From contig OX597839.1 of NCBI GenBank assembly GCA_951406725.2, positions 38,812,001-38,876,000 of the forward strand: a stretch of 64,000 bases of DNA, given 5' to 3'. Made by a program: the position numbers and the translations under genes. The notes beneath the pieces were generated by a model. The model worked only from the letters and a program-made list of their open reading frames with translations. It did no database searches and was not told the origin of the DNA. Below are positions 14,206 through 27,833 of the stretch, piece after piece. Every line of letters begins with the position of its first letter. The stretch's first letter is position 1. The stretch comes from Octopus vulgaris. Lineage: Eukaryota.

Positions 14206-14741
14206 ATTTATTTATTTATTTATTCATTCATTTATTTATTTGGCTTTGGTCTTCCAAAACAGAACATTTCAAACACTGCGCAATATTCTGTCGAATTAAA
14301 CAACAATTTCCACGCCCACTACATCGACACCACTTTAGGAACAATAAAAAGAAAGCAACAAACCCCCAACGAGTGACGTGTTGGCTAGAAATGGCGACGC
14401 AGCGTCTCACAAAATGCCTTTCGATATTCTCTTTTCTCTTCGTTGTCGTTGTCTTTCCCTCGTTGCCTTCTTTTCTACATTCTGAGATTAAATCCTTTAG
14501 GTTCGTAATATCATTTTATCATTTAGTTGTTTTAGTAGCTGGATTATTGCGGCCAGGCTGGGGCACTGCTTTCAAGGTTTTCACACCCGGGCTTCAAATG
14601 ACATCCGGAACGTTTGATATTATAACAGTGACGATGAGAAGTCGTACGTACGTTATATCAGTAACGCATGTATGTAATGCATACATGTTTGTACGTAATG
14701 TATGTATGCATACATGTTTCTCTCTTTGTCTTTTTATTTTA

Positions 14742-14882
14742 GAATAGATTCTGACTGGCGATCTACTTGGTGGCAAAGTTATGAAGGAAAGCATCTTGCT
14801 TTAACCATCTTGCTTTAAATTTTAAGAAGTTCTTGCAGATTTTTATAGTTCCAGATATCGTGATCATTTGTGGCGTGTGACT
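14742..14882 (-). mobile_element. 3' end of second REL-type non-LTR family
   Basis: Encodes QMITISGTIKICKNFLKF. Homologous to 15662-15820. Adjacent to (ATGT)n. Confidence 0.7.
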
Positions 14883-14978
14883 TAAAGATTTGCGTATGTA
14901 TGTATGTATGTATGTATGTATGTATGTATGTATGTATGTATGTATGTATGTATGTATGTATGTATGTATGTATGTATG

Positions 14979-15007
<29 letters not shown>

Positions 15008-15009
<2 letters not shown>

Positions 15010-15355
15010 GACCCTGCCTCAGTAAAGCTGGACTCATGAGTCATCTTCGTAGTCATAAAACGAGACAGATGAGTGACAACCTGGCCACTGGTGGTGGTGT
15101 TACACACCATACTAATCATATCTGTCGGGCATGTGGAAGAGAGTGTAATTCGGCAGGAGGACTTAAACGACATGCAAAGGTACATGAAGCCCAGTCGCAA
15201 CTACAGCCGGCTATTGCCGGTAAAGGTATTAGTTGCCAATTTTGTACAAGACATTGTAGATCTTTGGCTAGGCTAAAAAATCACATTCGATCACAGCACC
15301 AGTAACAGTTAAGCTTCGTGCAAAGGCCATAATCGATAACGAGGGGGCAGCCATA

Positions 15356-15358
<3 letters not shown>
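15008..15358 (+). mobile_element. RTE-clade LINE 3' end with C-terminal C2H2-like fingers and (TATG)n tail
   Basis: ...CLSKAGLMSHLRSH, CRACGRECNSAGGLKRHAKVH, CQFCTRHCRSLARLKNHIRSQH*. Short 3' UTR then microsatellite tail. The UTR is repeated at 15478-15535. Confidence 0.7.
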
Positions 15359-15388
<30 letters not shown>

Positions 15389-15531
15389 TGTATGTATGTT
15401 TCTATGTTTGTTTGTATGTATGTATATATGTTTGTATGTATGTATGTATGTATGTATGCATGCATGCATGCGCACGTGTAACAGTTAAGCTTCGTGGAAT
15501 GGCCATACTTGATAACGAGGGGGCAGCCATA

Positions 15532-15564
<33 letters not shown>

Positions 15565-15661
15565 TGTATGTATGTATGTATGTATGTATGTATGTATGCA
15601 TGTGTGTGTGTATGTATGTATGTTTATGTATGTATGTATGCATGCAGATATGTAAGTATGT

Positions 15662-16092
15662 AATAGATTTCTTTTGTCAATTTAGAGTCATCTTCGACCG
15701 GCCATATACTTGGTAGCAAGAGTACGAAGGAAAGCATTTTGTTTTGTTCATAATCCTTTAGATCTTAAGAAATTCTTGCATATCTTTATTGTTCCAGATA
15801 TCGTGATCATTTGTAGTGTATGAATTAAGGATTTGCAATTCTCTTCCCAAGATCCCGAGTTCAGCCATACTTTGTTCCAGGCAGTATCCCGTTGCTCCAA
15901 TAATAATAATAGGCATGAAAACGAAAGCGTATTTTGAGCACTGGATTTGCAAACTTCTTATCAATCGTCCACGGACGTCCTCTTTCTCCTTTATTTTCTT
16001 AACCACACTAGTGTCCAGGGGGATAGCTGATTTCCACAACAGAGCATATCTTTACCTTGTGGTCCCACACAACAATATAATGGCAGCTGTTT
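15662..16092 (-). mobile_element. REL endonuclease/3' end of second non-LTR family
   Basis: Frameshifted ...PLDTSVVKKIKEKEDVRGRLIRSLQIQCSKYAFVFMPIIIIGATG... The 3' end abuts (ATGT)n. Confidence 0.7.
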
Positions 16093-16638
16093 AAATTTTT
16101 ATGTCGTACCAATATTCTTTTGATCCGTCAACGTTAATGTAGCGAACATAGTGTGTACGTACGTACGTATGTATGTACGTACGTATGTATGTATGTATGT
16201 ATGTATGTATGTATGTATGTATGTATGTATGTATGTATGTATGTATGTATGTATGTATGTATGTATGTATGTATGCATACGTATAGCTGTGACAGTGTGT
16301 ACATATATTAGCAAATATTTTATGTGCAAATATGCAAATTAGTATACGTATATATATGTATGCAAAAACTAGCAGTAATATATGTATGTATGCATTTCAG
16401 CAAGTATACATGTATGTAGCAACTGTTGCTAGCGTTGGTGTATGATTCAGCAGTGCGTGTCTGTGTACGTGTGTGTACATGTGCTTGTGTGCATGCGCAT
16501 GTGCACGGGTATGTGGTGTATGTATATGCTTGAGTATATGTTTGTACCTCATATGTCATAGTTGGTGTGTGTATGTGTGTGTGTGTATGTGAATATATAT
16601 GCTAAACTAATATATGCATGTTTGACAGTGTTCGACAG

Positions 16639-16672
<34 letters not shown>

Positions 16673-17116
16673 ATATCCAACACACATACACAGACACACA
16701 CACATACGCACATACACACACACGCATCCACACATACAGACAAGTCTGAGGTCTTTCAGTAAACATTTGTGTATGTTGTCATCTGTGTATAAGTGTATCT
16801 GTGTGTGTGTGTATGTGTGTTATGGAAGCTATGCTTAAATGCAAGCTGAGTTATGTTTACTAAGCCACAATGTGTGTATGTATACATGTAACTATGCGTG
16901 TATACCTATCAATATGTGTCTGCATATATATATATATATATATATATATTCATAAGTGTATGTGTATGTGTTTTAATTTCCGTGTATGTGTATGTATGTG
17001 TATGAATGTATATTAGCAATTATATATTGCAGCGTTACTTCGATTGTGTAAGGAATGCATTATTAAGCACATTCATATACATATATACATATACATGTAT
17101 GTGAATATATATCTTC

Positions 17117-17170
<54 letters not shown>

Positions 17171-17204
17171 TGCTATATACATGTATACTTATACATATAT
17201 ACAC

Positions 17205-17316
<112 letters not shown>

Positions 17317-17411
17317 GTGATTACGTAAGTCTACATTGCTTGCATTATACCTAAACATATGCATACACAGTGCATTTTTTTCGCATGCACAAACTTACAC
17401 AATAGCAGATC

Positions 17412-17479
<68 letters not shown>

Positions 17480-18236
17480 CTCTCTCTCTCTCTTCTTAGT
17501 TAAACAACTAATTCATCTCTTTTATACTTTCCTTCTCTCCCTCCGCCTCAACACTCCCGCTATTCTCTCTCTCTCTGTCCCTCTGTTTCTGTCTCTCTCT
17601 GTCTTTCACTACGTGCGCCTCTCTTTATTTTTCTCTTAAACTTTCTTCTTCATTCCGTGCGAGATCTTTCGATAAGTGAGAGATATCACCATAAACCTTT
17701 ATCCTCCAGGGGCTGATATCGTATGGACGATAGTTTTTAGAGAGTGAACCGAGTGAGCTCTTATCTATTAATCCTTACACACGCACACACAGATACACAC
17801 ACGCACACACACACACGTACGCATGCACACACAAACGCGCATACACTCACACACATTCACGCACACACACGCTTGTGCACGCACAAATGCACATACACGC
17901 ACACACACGTGTGCATACACACACACGCACATATATATGCAAAAACGCACATACACTCTCGCACACACACACATCCATATGCACGCTCAAATGTACATAC
18001 ACTCATACACACGCGTGCATACACACACACACACACACACGCACACAAACAAACACAACCTTTCTTTGACTCAGATACACACACACAAACACACAATGAT
18101 GATCACACATAACCAGAGTACTTGCGTACCTGCGCACGCACGCAATGGATGATACATTTACGTGCTCACTTCATTCACAATTGCACTCACACACACATAC
18201 ACGCTCATACACACGTTTAACCATATCCATAGATCC

Positions 18237-18320
<84 letters not shown>

Positions 18321-18617
18321 CATATATATGTATATATATATACATATGTATATACATATATACATATGTATATATATATATATATACATACATACATACA
18401 TATATTTACGTATATATATATACAATATATGTACGTATATATACATACGTACACAATATATATATATATGCATACATACACACACATATATATATATATA
18501 AACATATATACACAAGATCTTTATTACACAATCAGCGTTCAACAGAAAAACTTAAACGCACAACCAATATTACACACACACATACACATTCACAGGCGCA
18601 CCAACACAAGCACGCAT

Positions 18618-18682
<65 letters not shown>

Positions 18683-18922
18683 CTCACTACCACAGCTCAT
18701 ACATTGCTAATACGGCCATGTTTTTTCCCCAACGATAACTGCCATCATAATTCAGCCATTTTAACCTAGTACATATACATGTATATACACACATATACAA
18801 ACATACATTCATATATATATATATATAAATACATATATGTATACATACACACATATATATATATATATATATATACACACATCCACATATATATACATAT
18901 ACACAAACATGTATGCATATAT

Positions 18923-18954
<32 letters not shown>

Positions 18955-19139
18955 GAACATTACTCTCTCTCCTTTATATATTATTTAGTGAAGATTCTAT
19001 CAATTTTCTTCTTCTTCTTCCATGCTAAGAAATGCTTGATTACTTTTTCTTCCATTTATTTTTGCCACATTTAGTGAAATGTTGTTGATGGAATTTCTCT
19101 AACATCATACTTCTATATGCATTTCAGTATATATGCATT

Positions 19140-19196
<57 letters not shown>

Positions 19197-19377
19197 CGTT
19201 CGTGCCTGTGTCCCTATTCCCCACAGTTTCCTCTCCGCATCCAAATCCCCTCTCATTCTCTCTCCCTCTTGTTGCCTTCCACCATACTCTATATCTATCT
19301 ATCTTTCACACGAACTTTACTTCTCAAAAACACATATACACGTATGTATGTATGTATATATATATATATATATATAT

Positions 19378-19557
19378 AAGAAAGTTCACAAAAAAAAAAA
19401 AAAAGACGAAGACGGGTGGTGTAGAAAACAAACAGATGTATTAGTATAACGCTCAGGAATAGAAAAGTCTTTAACGTTTTGAGTCTACGCTCTTCCACAG
19501 AAGGGAACACAGAAACAAGGAGAGAAAAAAAATGTGTGTAGTGGCTACCGATCTATC

Positions 19558-19600
<43 letters not shown>

Positions 19601-19713
19601 AGAGAGTTCACGAAAAAAAAGACAAAAGACGAAGACAGGTGGTGTAAAAACAAACAGATGTATTAGTATAACCCTCAGGAATAGAAAAAAGTCTTTTACG
19701 TTTCGAGCCTACG
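19378..19713 (-). mobile_element. Tandem pair of family H1 elements separated by (TA)n
   Basis: Copies at 19378-19559 and 19598-19713. HHR-like CTGTGGA A GAGC gtag ACTC aAA ACGT T AAAGACT at 19466-19505. The second copy is cut inside stem II by mariner sequence. Confidence 0.7.
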
Positions 19714-20302
19714 GTCACCACCACTTTTTGTGTCAATTGCTGCCTCTTGTCATTCTTACGCATTCGAGAAGAGGTGTGACGCTAATCCTGGGATGGTGCC
19801 ATCGTTTTCGGATCATATCACCACGTTTCATCCTCTGCCACCAAATCGTAAAAAAATCTTGTCTTCATTGGCTTCAAAGAGTTCCAACAGATCAGAGCAA
19901 ATTTCCAAATTTCTCACCTTGAAATCGTGCATCAACTGACGAGGCCCCCACTTTTGCATGCACTTTCTCTTATGACGTGCGTATTCACCTCTGGTGTAAA
20001 ATGGTATTGCACAAATAAATAGTTGGTTGTGGTTACCTAAGAATAACCTATCGCAGAAATATATGTTAACACAGAACACACTCCGTACTACTCGAACGTG
20101 GGTACAATACTCAGCATTCACTGTTCAACTACCGACAACTAAACCAACACACGGTCGAACTAACACTGTCAACTACGCTCCCTGACAATTCACTCAGCTC
20201 TTATCTATTGTAATCGGTTAGTCCACCTTCAGTCACGTGCGGGTGTTCAAGATTATCTCATAACACTTACTCATACCCAAAGTCTCTCATCATCCTCTGT
20301 AA
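19714..20302 (-). mobile_element. mariner transposon remnant (internally deleted)
   Basis: KWGPRQLMHDFKVRNLEICSDLLELFEANED, then in another frame EDETW*YDPKT, i.e. the WVPxxL linker and first catalytic DETW. TIR-like TACAGAGGATGATG end near 20301. Confidence 0.75.
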
Positions 20303-20304
20303 CG

Positions 20305-20565
20305 CATTGTTACCACAGTCCAGTTGTACAGCCAGTCCACGGGTTGAAACTCATCAGTTTGTGCGGATCAGTCCGTCTCCTAGCAGGCGATTCATGTTAT
20401 TGTTCGGAGTTGATGGTCTCCTACTGCATGGTTTATCTTCGGTGCTGGGTTCTTCTTCTTCTTTCAATTTCTTCATTCATCCTTCTGTGGATGTCGAGCC
20501 GTTTGCACCACATCCTTTAGTCAAAACCTCAACGAAGGTAAGCTGCTTCTGCTTGGAGCCCATTA
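20305..20565 (-). mobile_element. Second mariner transposase N-terminal fragment
   Basis: STEDKPCSRRPST...DGLIRTN**VSTRGLAVQL resembles the EDxPRSGRP linker plus second HTH. Confidence 0.6.
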
Positions 20566-20630
20566 TTCGCGCGAACAATGAAGAACAGAGCAAGAGTTTT
20601 GAAGCACACACACACACACACACATACACA

Positions 20631-20673
<43 letters not shown>

Positions 20674-20768
20674 GTATTACGGTGGCACGCTGGCAGTTTC
20701 GTTAGCATTCCCGGCAAAATGCATTTTGTTCATTTTAACGTGAGTTCAAATTCTGCTGATGTCAACTT

Positions 20769-20860
20769 TGGGTGATCTTTCGTTTTAACTCGAAATAATG
20801 TAAACACTGAATCGGTCTTGTCAGTTGGGAAGAGAATGCTAATGTGTGCGTGCTTGTTCT

Positions 20861-20906
<46 letters not shown>

Positions 20907-20994
20907 TGTTCTTCTGTGTGTGTGTGTGTGTCTCCTGTTTTTTTTTTGCATATATATGTGGAATGTAGAAATAACACACAGAGGAACAAACATG

Positions 20995-21025
<31 letters not shown>

Positions 21026-21155
21026 AGGAACTAGCACGCACGCACAACCCATTAGCTTTCTCTCCCCAACTGACAATTGACAAGACACCATGTGGTCACG
21101 GAAATCACCGAATTCAATGTATACATTATTTCGAGTCAAAACGAAAGATCGCCTA
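20769..21155. repeat. Foldback/MITE-like element with (GT)n/(CA)n inside the arms
   Basis: tgggtgatctttcgttttaactcgaaataatgta... versus ...tacattatttcgagtcaaaacgaaagatcgccta. Inner blocks are also mirrored. Confidence 0.85.
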
Positions 21156-21174
21156 ATAACGATGTCGATGATAC

Positions 21175-21553
21175 ACTTTTAGCTGTTTCAGTCATTTGAC
21201 TGCGGCCATGCTGGAGCACCGCCTTTAGTCGAGCAAATCGACCCCAGGACTTATTCTTTGTATGCCTAGTACTTATTCTATCGGTCACTTTTGCCGAACC
21301 GCTAAGTTACGGGGACGTAAGCACACCAGCATCGGTTATCAAGCGATGTTGGGGGAACAAACACAGACATACAAACATATATAGATATATACATATATAC
21401 GACAGGCTTCTTTCAGTTTCCGTCTACCAAATCCACTCACAAGGCTTTGGTTGGTCCGAGGCTATAGTAGCAGGCACTTGCCCAAGATGCCACGCAGTGG
21501 GACTGAACCCGGAACTATATGGCTGGTAAGCAATCGACTTACCACACAGCCAC
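21175..21553 (-). mobile_element. SINE family A
   Basis: Near full-length match to the other copies. Confidence 0.9.
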
Positions 21554-21987
21554 AAAGGTGACGACAGCAGAGATGATGACGATGCTGGTGATGTGATGAT
21601 GACGACAACGATGATGATGATGATGATGATGATGATCATTGCTTTTTATTTTTCAGACGTTGCTGATGATGACGAGGGTGAGGAACAGGTGCAGGGTGGT
21701 GGTGGTGGTAGTGGTGGCGCTGATGTTGGTGAGAGTTAACAATGATGACGACGATGATGATGATGATTGATGTGATGACAGTGCAGAGGCTGTTTCTGAT
21801 AATATTTTCGGTGGCGGTGAGGACGATGCCGATGGTGGCGATGGTGTTGGTGGTGGTAGTGGTGGTGGTGGTGGTGGTGGATGGTATTTATATTATAATT
21901 GCTAATTTCACGAATGAATGAATTTTTTTCCGCGTTCATAACTGAATATTGAGTTTAAGTGTTATTTACTTGACTTTCCTCTAAGTT

Positions 21988-21999
21988 GTGATGATGACT

Positions 22000-22036
<37 letters not shown>

Positions 22037-22242
22037 GGATGATGATGATGATGACTATGAGGATGATGATGATGATGATGATGAGGATGAGGATGAGGAT
22101 GATGATGATGATGATGATGATGAGGATGATGATGATGATGATGATGAGGATGAGGATGAGGATGATGATGATGATGATGATGACTATGATGATGATGATG
22201 ATGATGAGGAGGAGGATGATGATGATGACTATGATGATGATG

Positions 22243-22279
<37 letters not shown>

Positions 22280-22344
22280 GGATGATGATGATGAGGATGA
22301 GGATGATGATGATGATGATGATGAGGATGATGATGATGAGTATG

Positions 22345-22378
<34 letters not shown>

Positions 22379-22383
22379 GGATG

Positions 22384-22417
<34 letters not shown>

Positions 22418-22460
22418 GGATGAGGATGATGAGGATGATGAGGATGATGAGGATGATGAT
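21988..22460. repeat. (GAT)n microsatellite with GAG/GACTAT interruptions
   Basis: Direct inspection. Confidence 0.95.
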
Positions 22461-22654
22461 AGTGGTGGTTGTTATGGGTATAGTAATGATGACGGTGGTG
22501 GCAATTTTGGTGGTGGCGAGGTTGATAATGAAGGTAGTGGTGGTGGAGGAGGAGGTGATGATGAGGATGTTAATGAAGGTGATGAAGCTAGAGGTAGTGA
22601 TGATAATGATGTTAATGAAGGTGATGATGATGATGATGACGATGATAGAGGTAC

Positions 22655-22850
22655 CAGGCACAAGGCCTGCAATTTCAGGGGAACGGGAAAATCGATTTCA
22701 TCGACCCCAGTGTTTGACTGGTACTTCTTTTGTCGACCCCCCAAAAAATGGAAGGCACAGTTGACCTCGACACACCCTGAGCTCAGAACGTCGGACTAAA
22801 TGCCGCTAAGCATTTTTACCGGCGTGCTAAAGATTCTACCAGATTGCAAC
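22655..22850 (-). mobile_element. SINE family B, degenerate
   Basis: ggcacaaggcctg...tcgacccc...ctcagaacg...ctaagcattt. Confidence 0.75.
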
Positions 22851-23024
22851 TTAGGGGTTAGATATATTATTATTTAAAGCAGTTTCTTCCAGCCCCACGC
22901 AGCTTAAAGTTTCGTAAGCTCCTTACAGGGACCCAGTTCGTTGGATTAGGTTTCTGTAAGGAGCCGACGAAACATTAAGCAATGAGGGGTCGTAGCAAAA
23001 TATTGTAAATAATAATGATAATAC

Positions 23025-23146
<122 letters not shown>

Positions 23147-23148
23147 CG

Positions 23149-23268
<120 letters not shown>

Positions 23269-23588
23269 CAAAGAAACGAACACGGATGTGAACTGTGAAT
23301 ACGCGAACACATCGTAGTACATACATATACGTGCATATACTCTTATATAAGAGCCAAACAAACACACACACACACAGACGGACAGATAGACAGACAGACA
23401 GACAGACACACACACACATAGTATTTACTGGTGTATAAGTCGCATTGCTATATACTTGACTTGTTAAACGAAAAAAGCAGATGTGTATCTTATACATGGG
23501 GCAAAGCTAAAACTATGAAGGGGGAAATATTCTGTACCACGCTTCAACACTAAATTAGAGCTGCAATTTATACACGGTATACACGCGC

Positions 23589-23636
<48 letters not shown>

Positions 23637-23637
<1 letters not shown>

Positions 23638-23885
23638 AAGAAAAATAAGCGAAAATGCACATTGGAAATCAAAAAACAGTAACGATAGATATATACAATT
23701 AGATGAACTGAGGTAGGGATATTCCTACCTCAGTTCATCTAATTGTATATATCGATCGTTACTTTTCATAAAAAGCCTTTACCTGTTTTGATTTCCAATG
23801 TGCATTTTCACTTATTTTTCTTCTTACTTTCCCCTTACATTTCCACGTGTAGTTTCCATTTTCTTTTTGTAACATATTTCTATTA
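23637..23885. repeat. Loopless hairpin element in (TA)n
   Basis: 23637-23718 mirrors 23723-23823 around gggatattcc. The right copy extends to ~23885. Confidence 0.85.
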
Positions 23886-23892
23886 TATACAT

Positions 23893-24120
23893 ATTTCTTT
23901 ACTACCCACAAGGGGCTAAACGTAGAAAGGACAAACAAGGACAGACAAACGGATTAAGTCGATTACATCGAACCCAGTGCGAAACTGGTACTTAATTTAT
24001 CGACCCCGAAAGGATGAAAGGCAAAGATGACCTCGGCGGAATTTGAACTCAGAACGTAACGGCGGACGAAATACCGCTAAGCATTTCACCCGGTGTGCTA
24101 ACGATTCTTCCAGCTCGCCT
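23893..24120 (-). mobile_element. SINE family B
   Basis: Full-length match. Confidence 0.9.
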
Positions 24121-24664
24121 CCCTATTTCTATTATACACACACACACACACACACACACACATATGCACATAAATGCATGTTTCCTCTTTGAACCACGAA
24201 ACCCGTGCACACACGTACACAAAACAGTGAGATCCGAAAGGTCGTGTTAAAAATAATTAGTTAGCTTCTAGCATAAACAAGGCTTGTATAGATAACGGGA
24301 AAGGAGGCGATAATCGATCAGTGAAGTTTATCAATCAATGAATCCAGTACACTTGGTCCCATATCGAAACGAGGCAGAAATTTCGATACGATGACCACCA
24401 CTATTCAGCTCCAGTATACAGCAACAAAGGTTGCTTATTATATTATGCGATAATTAAGTCTGAAAATGAAAGGAATGGGATAGATAGTTATGTACTGCAG
24501 TGTACTGCAGGTGTTTCATACGAGCAGCGAACGCATATTGCATAGCTTCAAGGTGTTACGTAATTATTCAGTGTTCTTTCTTATCAAGGACTTTCCACAT
24601 GTCAGAAATTCTTTGCCGTAATTAATCTTCCAGGAGAAGCTGGCAAAATGGGTACACACACCAT

Positions 24665-24735
<71 letters not shown>

Positions 24736-24775
24736 TTGGAAATGGATGCATGGCGTTCAGTTAAATAATAACTAG

Positions 24776-24818
<43 letters not shown>

Positions 24819-24831
24819 TAGATAGATAAGA

Positions 24832-25110
24832 AAGTTGGTTTGTGAAAGCACGTGGTTGAATATATAGAAAATAGTAAAAAGTGAAAAAACTACAGAAGGC
24901 TTAAATGTTAAAAAATATATATTTGCGTCAATATGTCTGAAGAATATTAAACGTCGCAAGAAATTTGAAAAGCTAAACGCGAAACCGGTCTTTCTTCTAA
25001 ACTATGTCATTATAAGAGAAAAAATTGTTTTAATATTCTTCAGACATATTGACGCAAATATATATTTTTTAACATTTAAGCCTTCTGTAGTTTTTTCACT
25101 TTTTACTATT

Positions 25111-25112
<2 letters not shown>
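24832..25112. repeat. Foldback element in (TA)n, family H4 copy 1
   Basis: Arms 24868-24950 and 25029-25112. Carries the HHR 3' half GAA ACCGGT C at 24981-24990. Confidence 0.85.
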
Positions 25113-25143
<31 letters not shown>

Positions 25144-25155
25144 TGCACATGCCAA

Positions 25156-25380
25156 TATGGGTACAGGACGTCACCAACGGTTCAAACAACGTGAAATACG
25201 TAAACAAACGAGTTGTCGGTTGTCTGTCTACTCCTCATTTTGACCATTCACCGACGATATGAGTCTTCAAAGACAGTTGCTCGCATAAATTCTCTGTATT
25301 TACATGTCCTGTTTTCCATTTTTTCTCGTTGTTTAGGTATTTCATGTAGTTTGAACAGTTGGTGACGTCCTGTACCCATA
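25156..25380. repeat. Foldback of family H5 (gacgtcctgtaccc end motif)
   Basis: Arms 25156-25212 and 25325-25380. Non-inverted relatives at 28425-28590, 54025-54220 and 57270-57490. Confidence 0.8.
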
Positions 25381-25393
25381 CATGCATGCGCGC

Positions 25394-25456
<63 letters not shown>

Positions 25457-25521
25457 TATATATATATATATATGGAGATAATAAATATACTTATTAATTG
25501 ATTTACTGCAAGAATGCTAAT

Positions 25522-25606
25522 CTCTTACAGCTGTTTCGATTCGTACCTTAACGATTGTAATTATGATAATTAAATCACTTTATAACGCAGAATCTCATCA
25601 AAGGTA
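25522..25606 (-). ncRNA. HHR-like motif with extended stem II in a (TA)n-flanked element (25473-25640)
   Basis: Minus strand reads cct TTGATGA GATTC [47-nt hairpin] GAATC GAA ACAGCTGT A AGAG. C3 is U and stem I is weak. Confidence 0.6.
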
Positions 25607-25638
25607 GAAAGATAACTCATTATATTATTAGGTGTTAA

Positions 25639-25734
<96 letters not shown>

Positions 25735-26060
25735 TAATGTATACATACTTATACACATTCACACACACACACATATATATATATATAAATTGTCAAAGGG
25801 TACTAGTTAGCACCAACATTACTAGACATAAGCGTAAAAAAATATAAAAGAATATATATATACTTTCCTAATAAAGCTGCAACGACATCACAAAAGCTGT
25901 TACTCGAGAGAGAGAGAGATACACGCACATACATACATGTAAGCATAGAGTTGCAAAAAAGGAGGATGAAATAGCTTTCAACTACCAAAGGTAGAGTAAA
26001 ATATTGCTTCATTGTCGCCGAAAGCGTTACTCCTCAGAATTTCTGGTAAACGAACATGAC

Positions 26061-26102
26061 GACTGTCTGATGATCGGTTAAGTGAAACCCTGAATAACAG
26101 TT
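26061..26102 (+). ncRNA. Minimal HHR-like motif, canonical CUGAUGA core
   Basis: GACTGT CTGATGA tcggttaagt GAA ACCCTGAAT A ACAGTT. Stem I is 6 bp. Stems II and III are decayed (the relative at 5036-5055 has ACTCTGAGT). Confidence 0.55.
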
Positions 26103-26149
26103 TGTGAAGAATTTTCAGATTCATGGAAACACCAGATATGGGCTAAAAT

Positions 26150-26527
26150 TGTATTGAAGAACATACATTAAATTATGATGATTGAAAGAGAAGAAACCGG
26201 TTGATCTCTTGCAAACAACTTGCACATACAAGTGCTACCAGTCGAGAACTCCGCATACTGTAAGCCAGCAAGTGTATGGGGTCATCAGGAAAGAATGCGC
26301 GCCGCTTCGGGGCCTACCTCTCGACGGCATCAATGCGCACCGCCTTTCCTCACTGATATGAGGCCCCGCTTGCTAGATCAACTGGTTATTAAATAAAGCT
26401 CACAATCTCTCTAGCCATCGCTCATCGTCTCTTTTTACCCAAATCCAGTGGTTAGCCTTTTCCCCTGTAGTTTGGATATCGGTCATGGTGGTATTGACTT
26501 TACGATGAGTTAGGCCTAACGATAACA
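26150..26527 (+). mobile_element. Possible solo LTR or other GC-richer TE segment
   Basis: GC-richer block with TG...CA ends and internal AATAAA near 26392. No target-site duplication found. Confidence 0.3.
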
Positions 26528-26880
26528 ACAGTCGTCTTACACTGTGTCCAACAAACCTTCTACACCCAACTTCGATTATAATTTAACTTCGGCAGAAACT
26601 TTTTGGCAAAAGTATGCAGCAAAGTTTTTTCTATAAAACTTGTTTTTTTTATATACGCAAACATTTTTTCTGTACAGAAACGTTTCTATAAAACATGATT
26701 CCCCCCTGTCTCACCGTTTGAAGACCCATCTCGTGAAAACCTAGACTAACATTTTCACAATAAAACCGTTATATGAAAACATTTTTTATGTCAAAACATA
26801 CATCAAATTTGTATTTTTTTCCCATATATATAGGTATTCAAGAGAAATATTTACCACCTATGTTAATAAATAAAACTGGC

Positions 26881-27106
<226 letters not shown>

Positions 27107-27111
27107 TATAC

Positions 27112-27180
<69 letters not shown>

Positions 27181-27747
27181 GTATACATACACATATATTT
27201 ATATATATTTCTTTTACTTGTTTCAATCATTTGACTGTGGCCACGCTGGGGCACCACCTTGAAACATTTTAGTCGAACAAATCGACTGCAAGACTAATTT
27301 CTTAATCTTAGTACTCATTCTATCAGTCTCCTTTTGCCAAACCGCTGATTAAATACACCAACACCGGTTGGGAAGCGGTGATGGAGGGACAAACACACAA
27401 ACACACACAGACACACGCAACACATTTAACCAGTATCCGAAGTTTCAAACTGTTTACTTAAAATTTTTTTTTAAATCTGTGACTGAGATTGAACAGATTC
27501 GTTAACAATTCTATTTCCTACATTTTCTTATCATTGTCAAAGACTGCATTACTGTTTTTTCATACATCTATGATAACCATTTTTTAACACAACAAAAGCT
27601 ACACAAAACCTTACATTTTACTTTTGAAAATTAATTTTTTAAAAAGTGAAACCGGTGAAGTCAATAAACATCGTTAAAAGTCCTCTGCATTTTCAAATCC
27701 TCTTTCCTAGATATTTTCACTCCGTGCGGTACCTTGCAAGTTTACTT

Positions 27748-27809
<62 letters not shown>

Positions 27810-27833
27810 GTGTGTGTGTATGTATGTATATAT

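Noticed and set aside
14904-15305. Host C2H2 zinc-finger gene
   Set aside because: No TGEKP linkers, 5' end fused to (ATGT)n, and a short duplicated UTR plus microsatellite tail fit an RTE LINE 3' end.
24937-24990. CTGAAGA...GAAACCGGTC as a complete hammerhead
   Set aside because: CTGAAGA comes from the inverted arm, and stems I and II do not pair.
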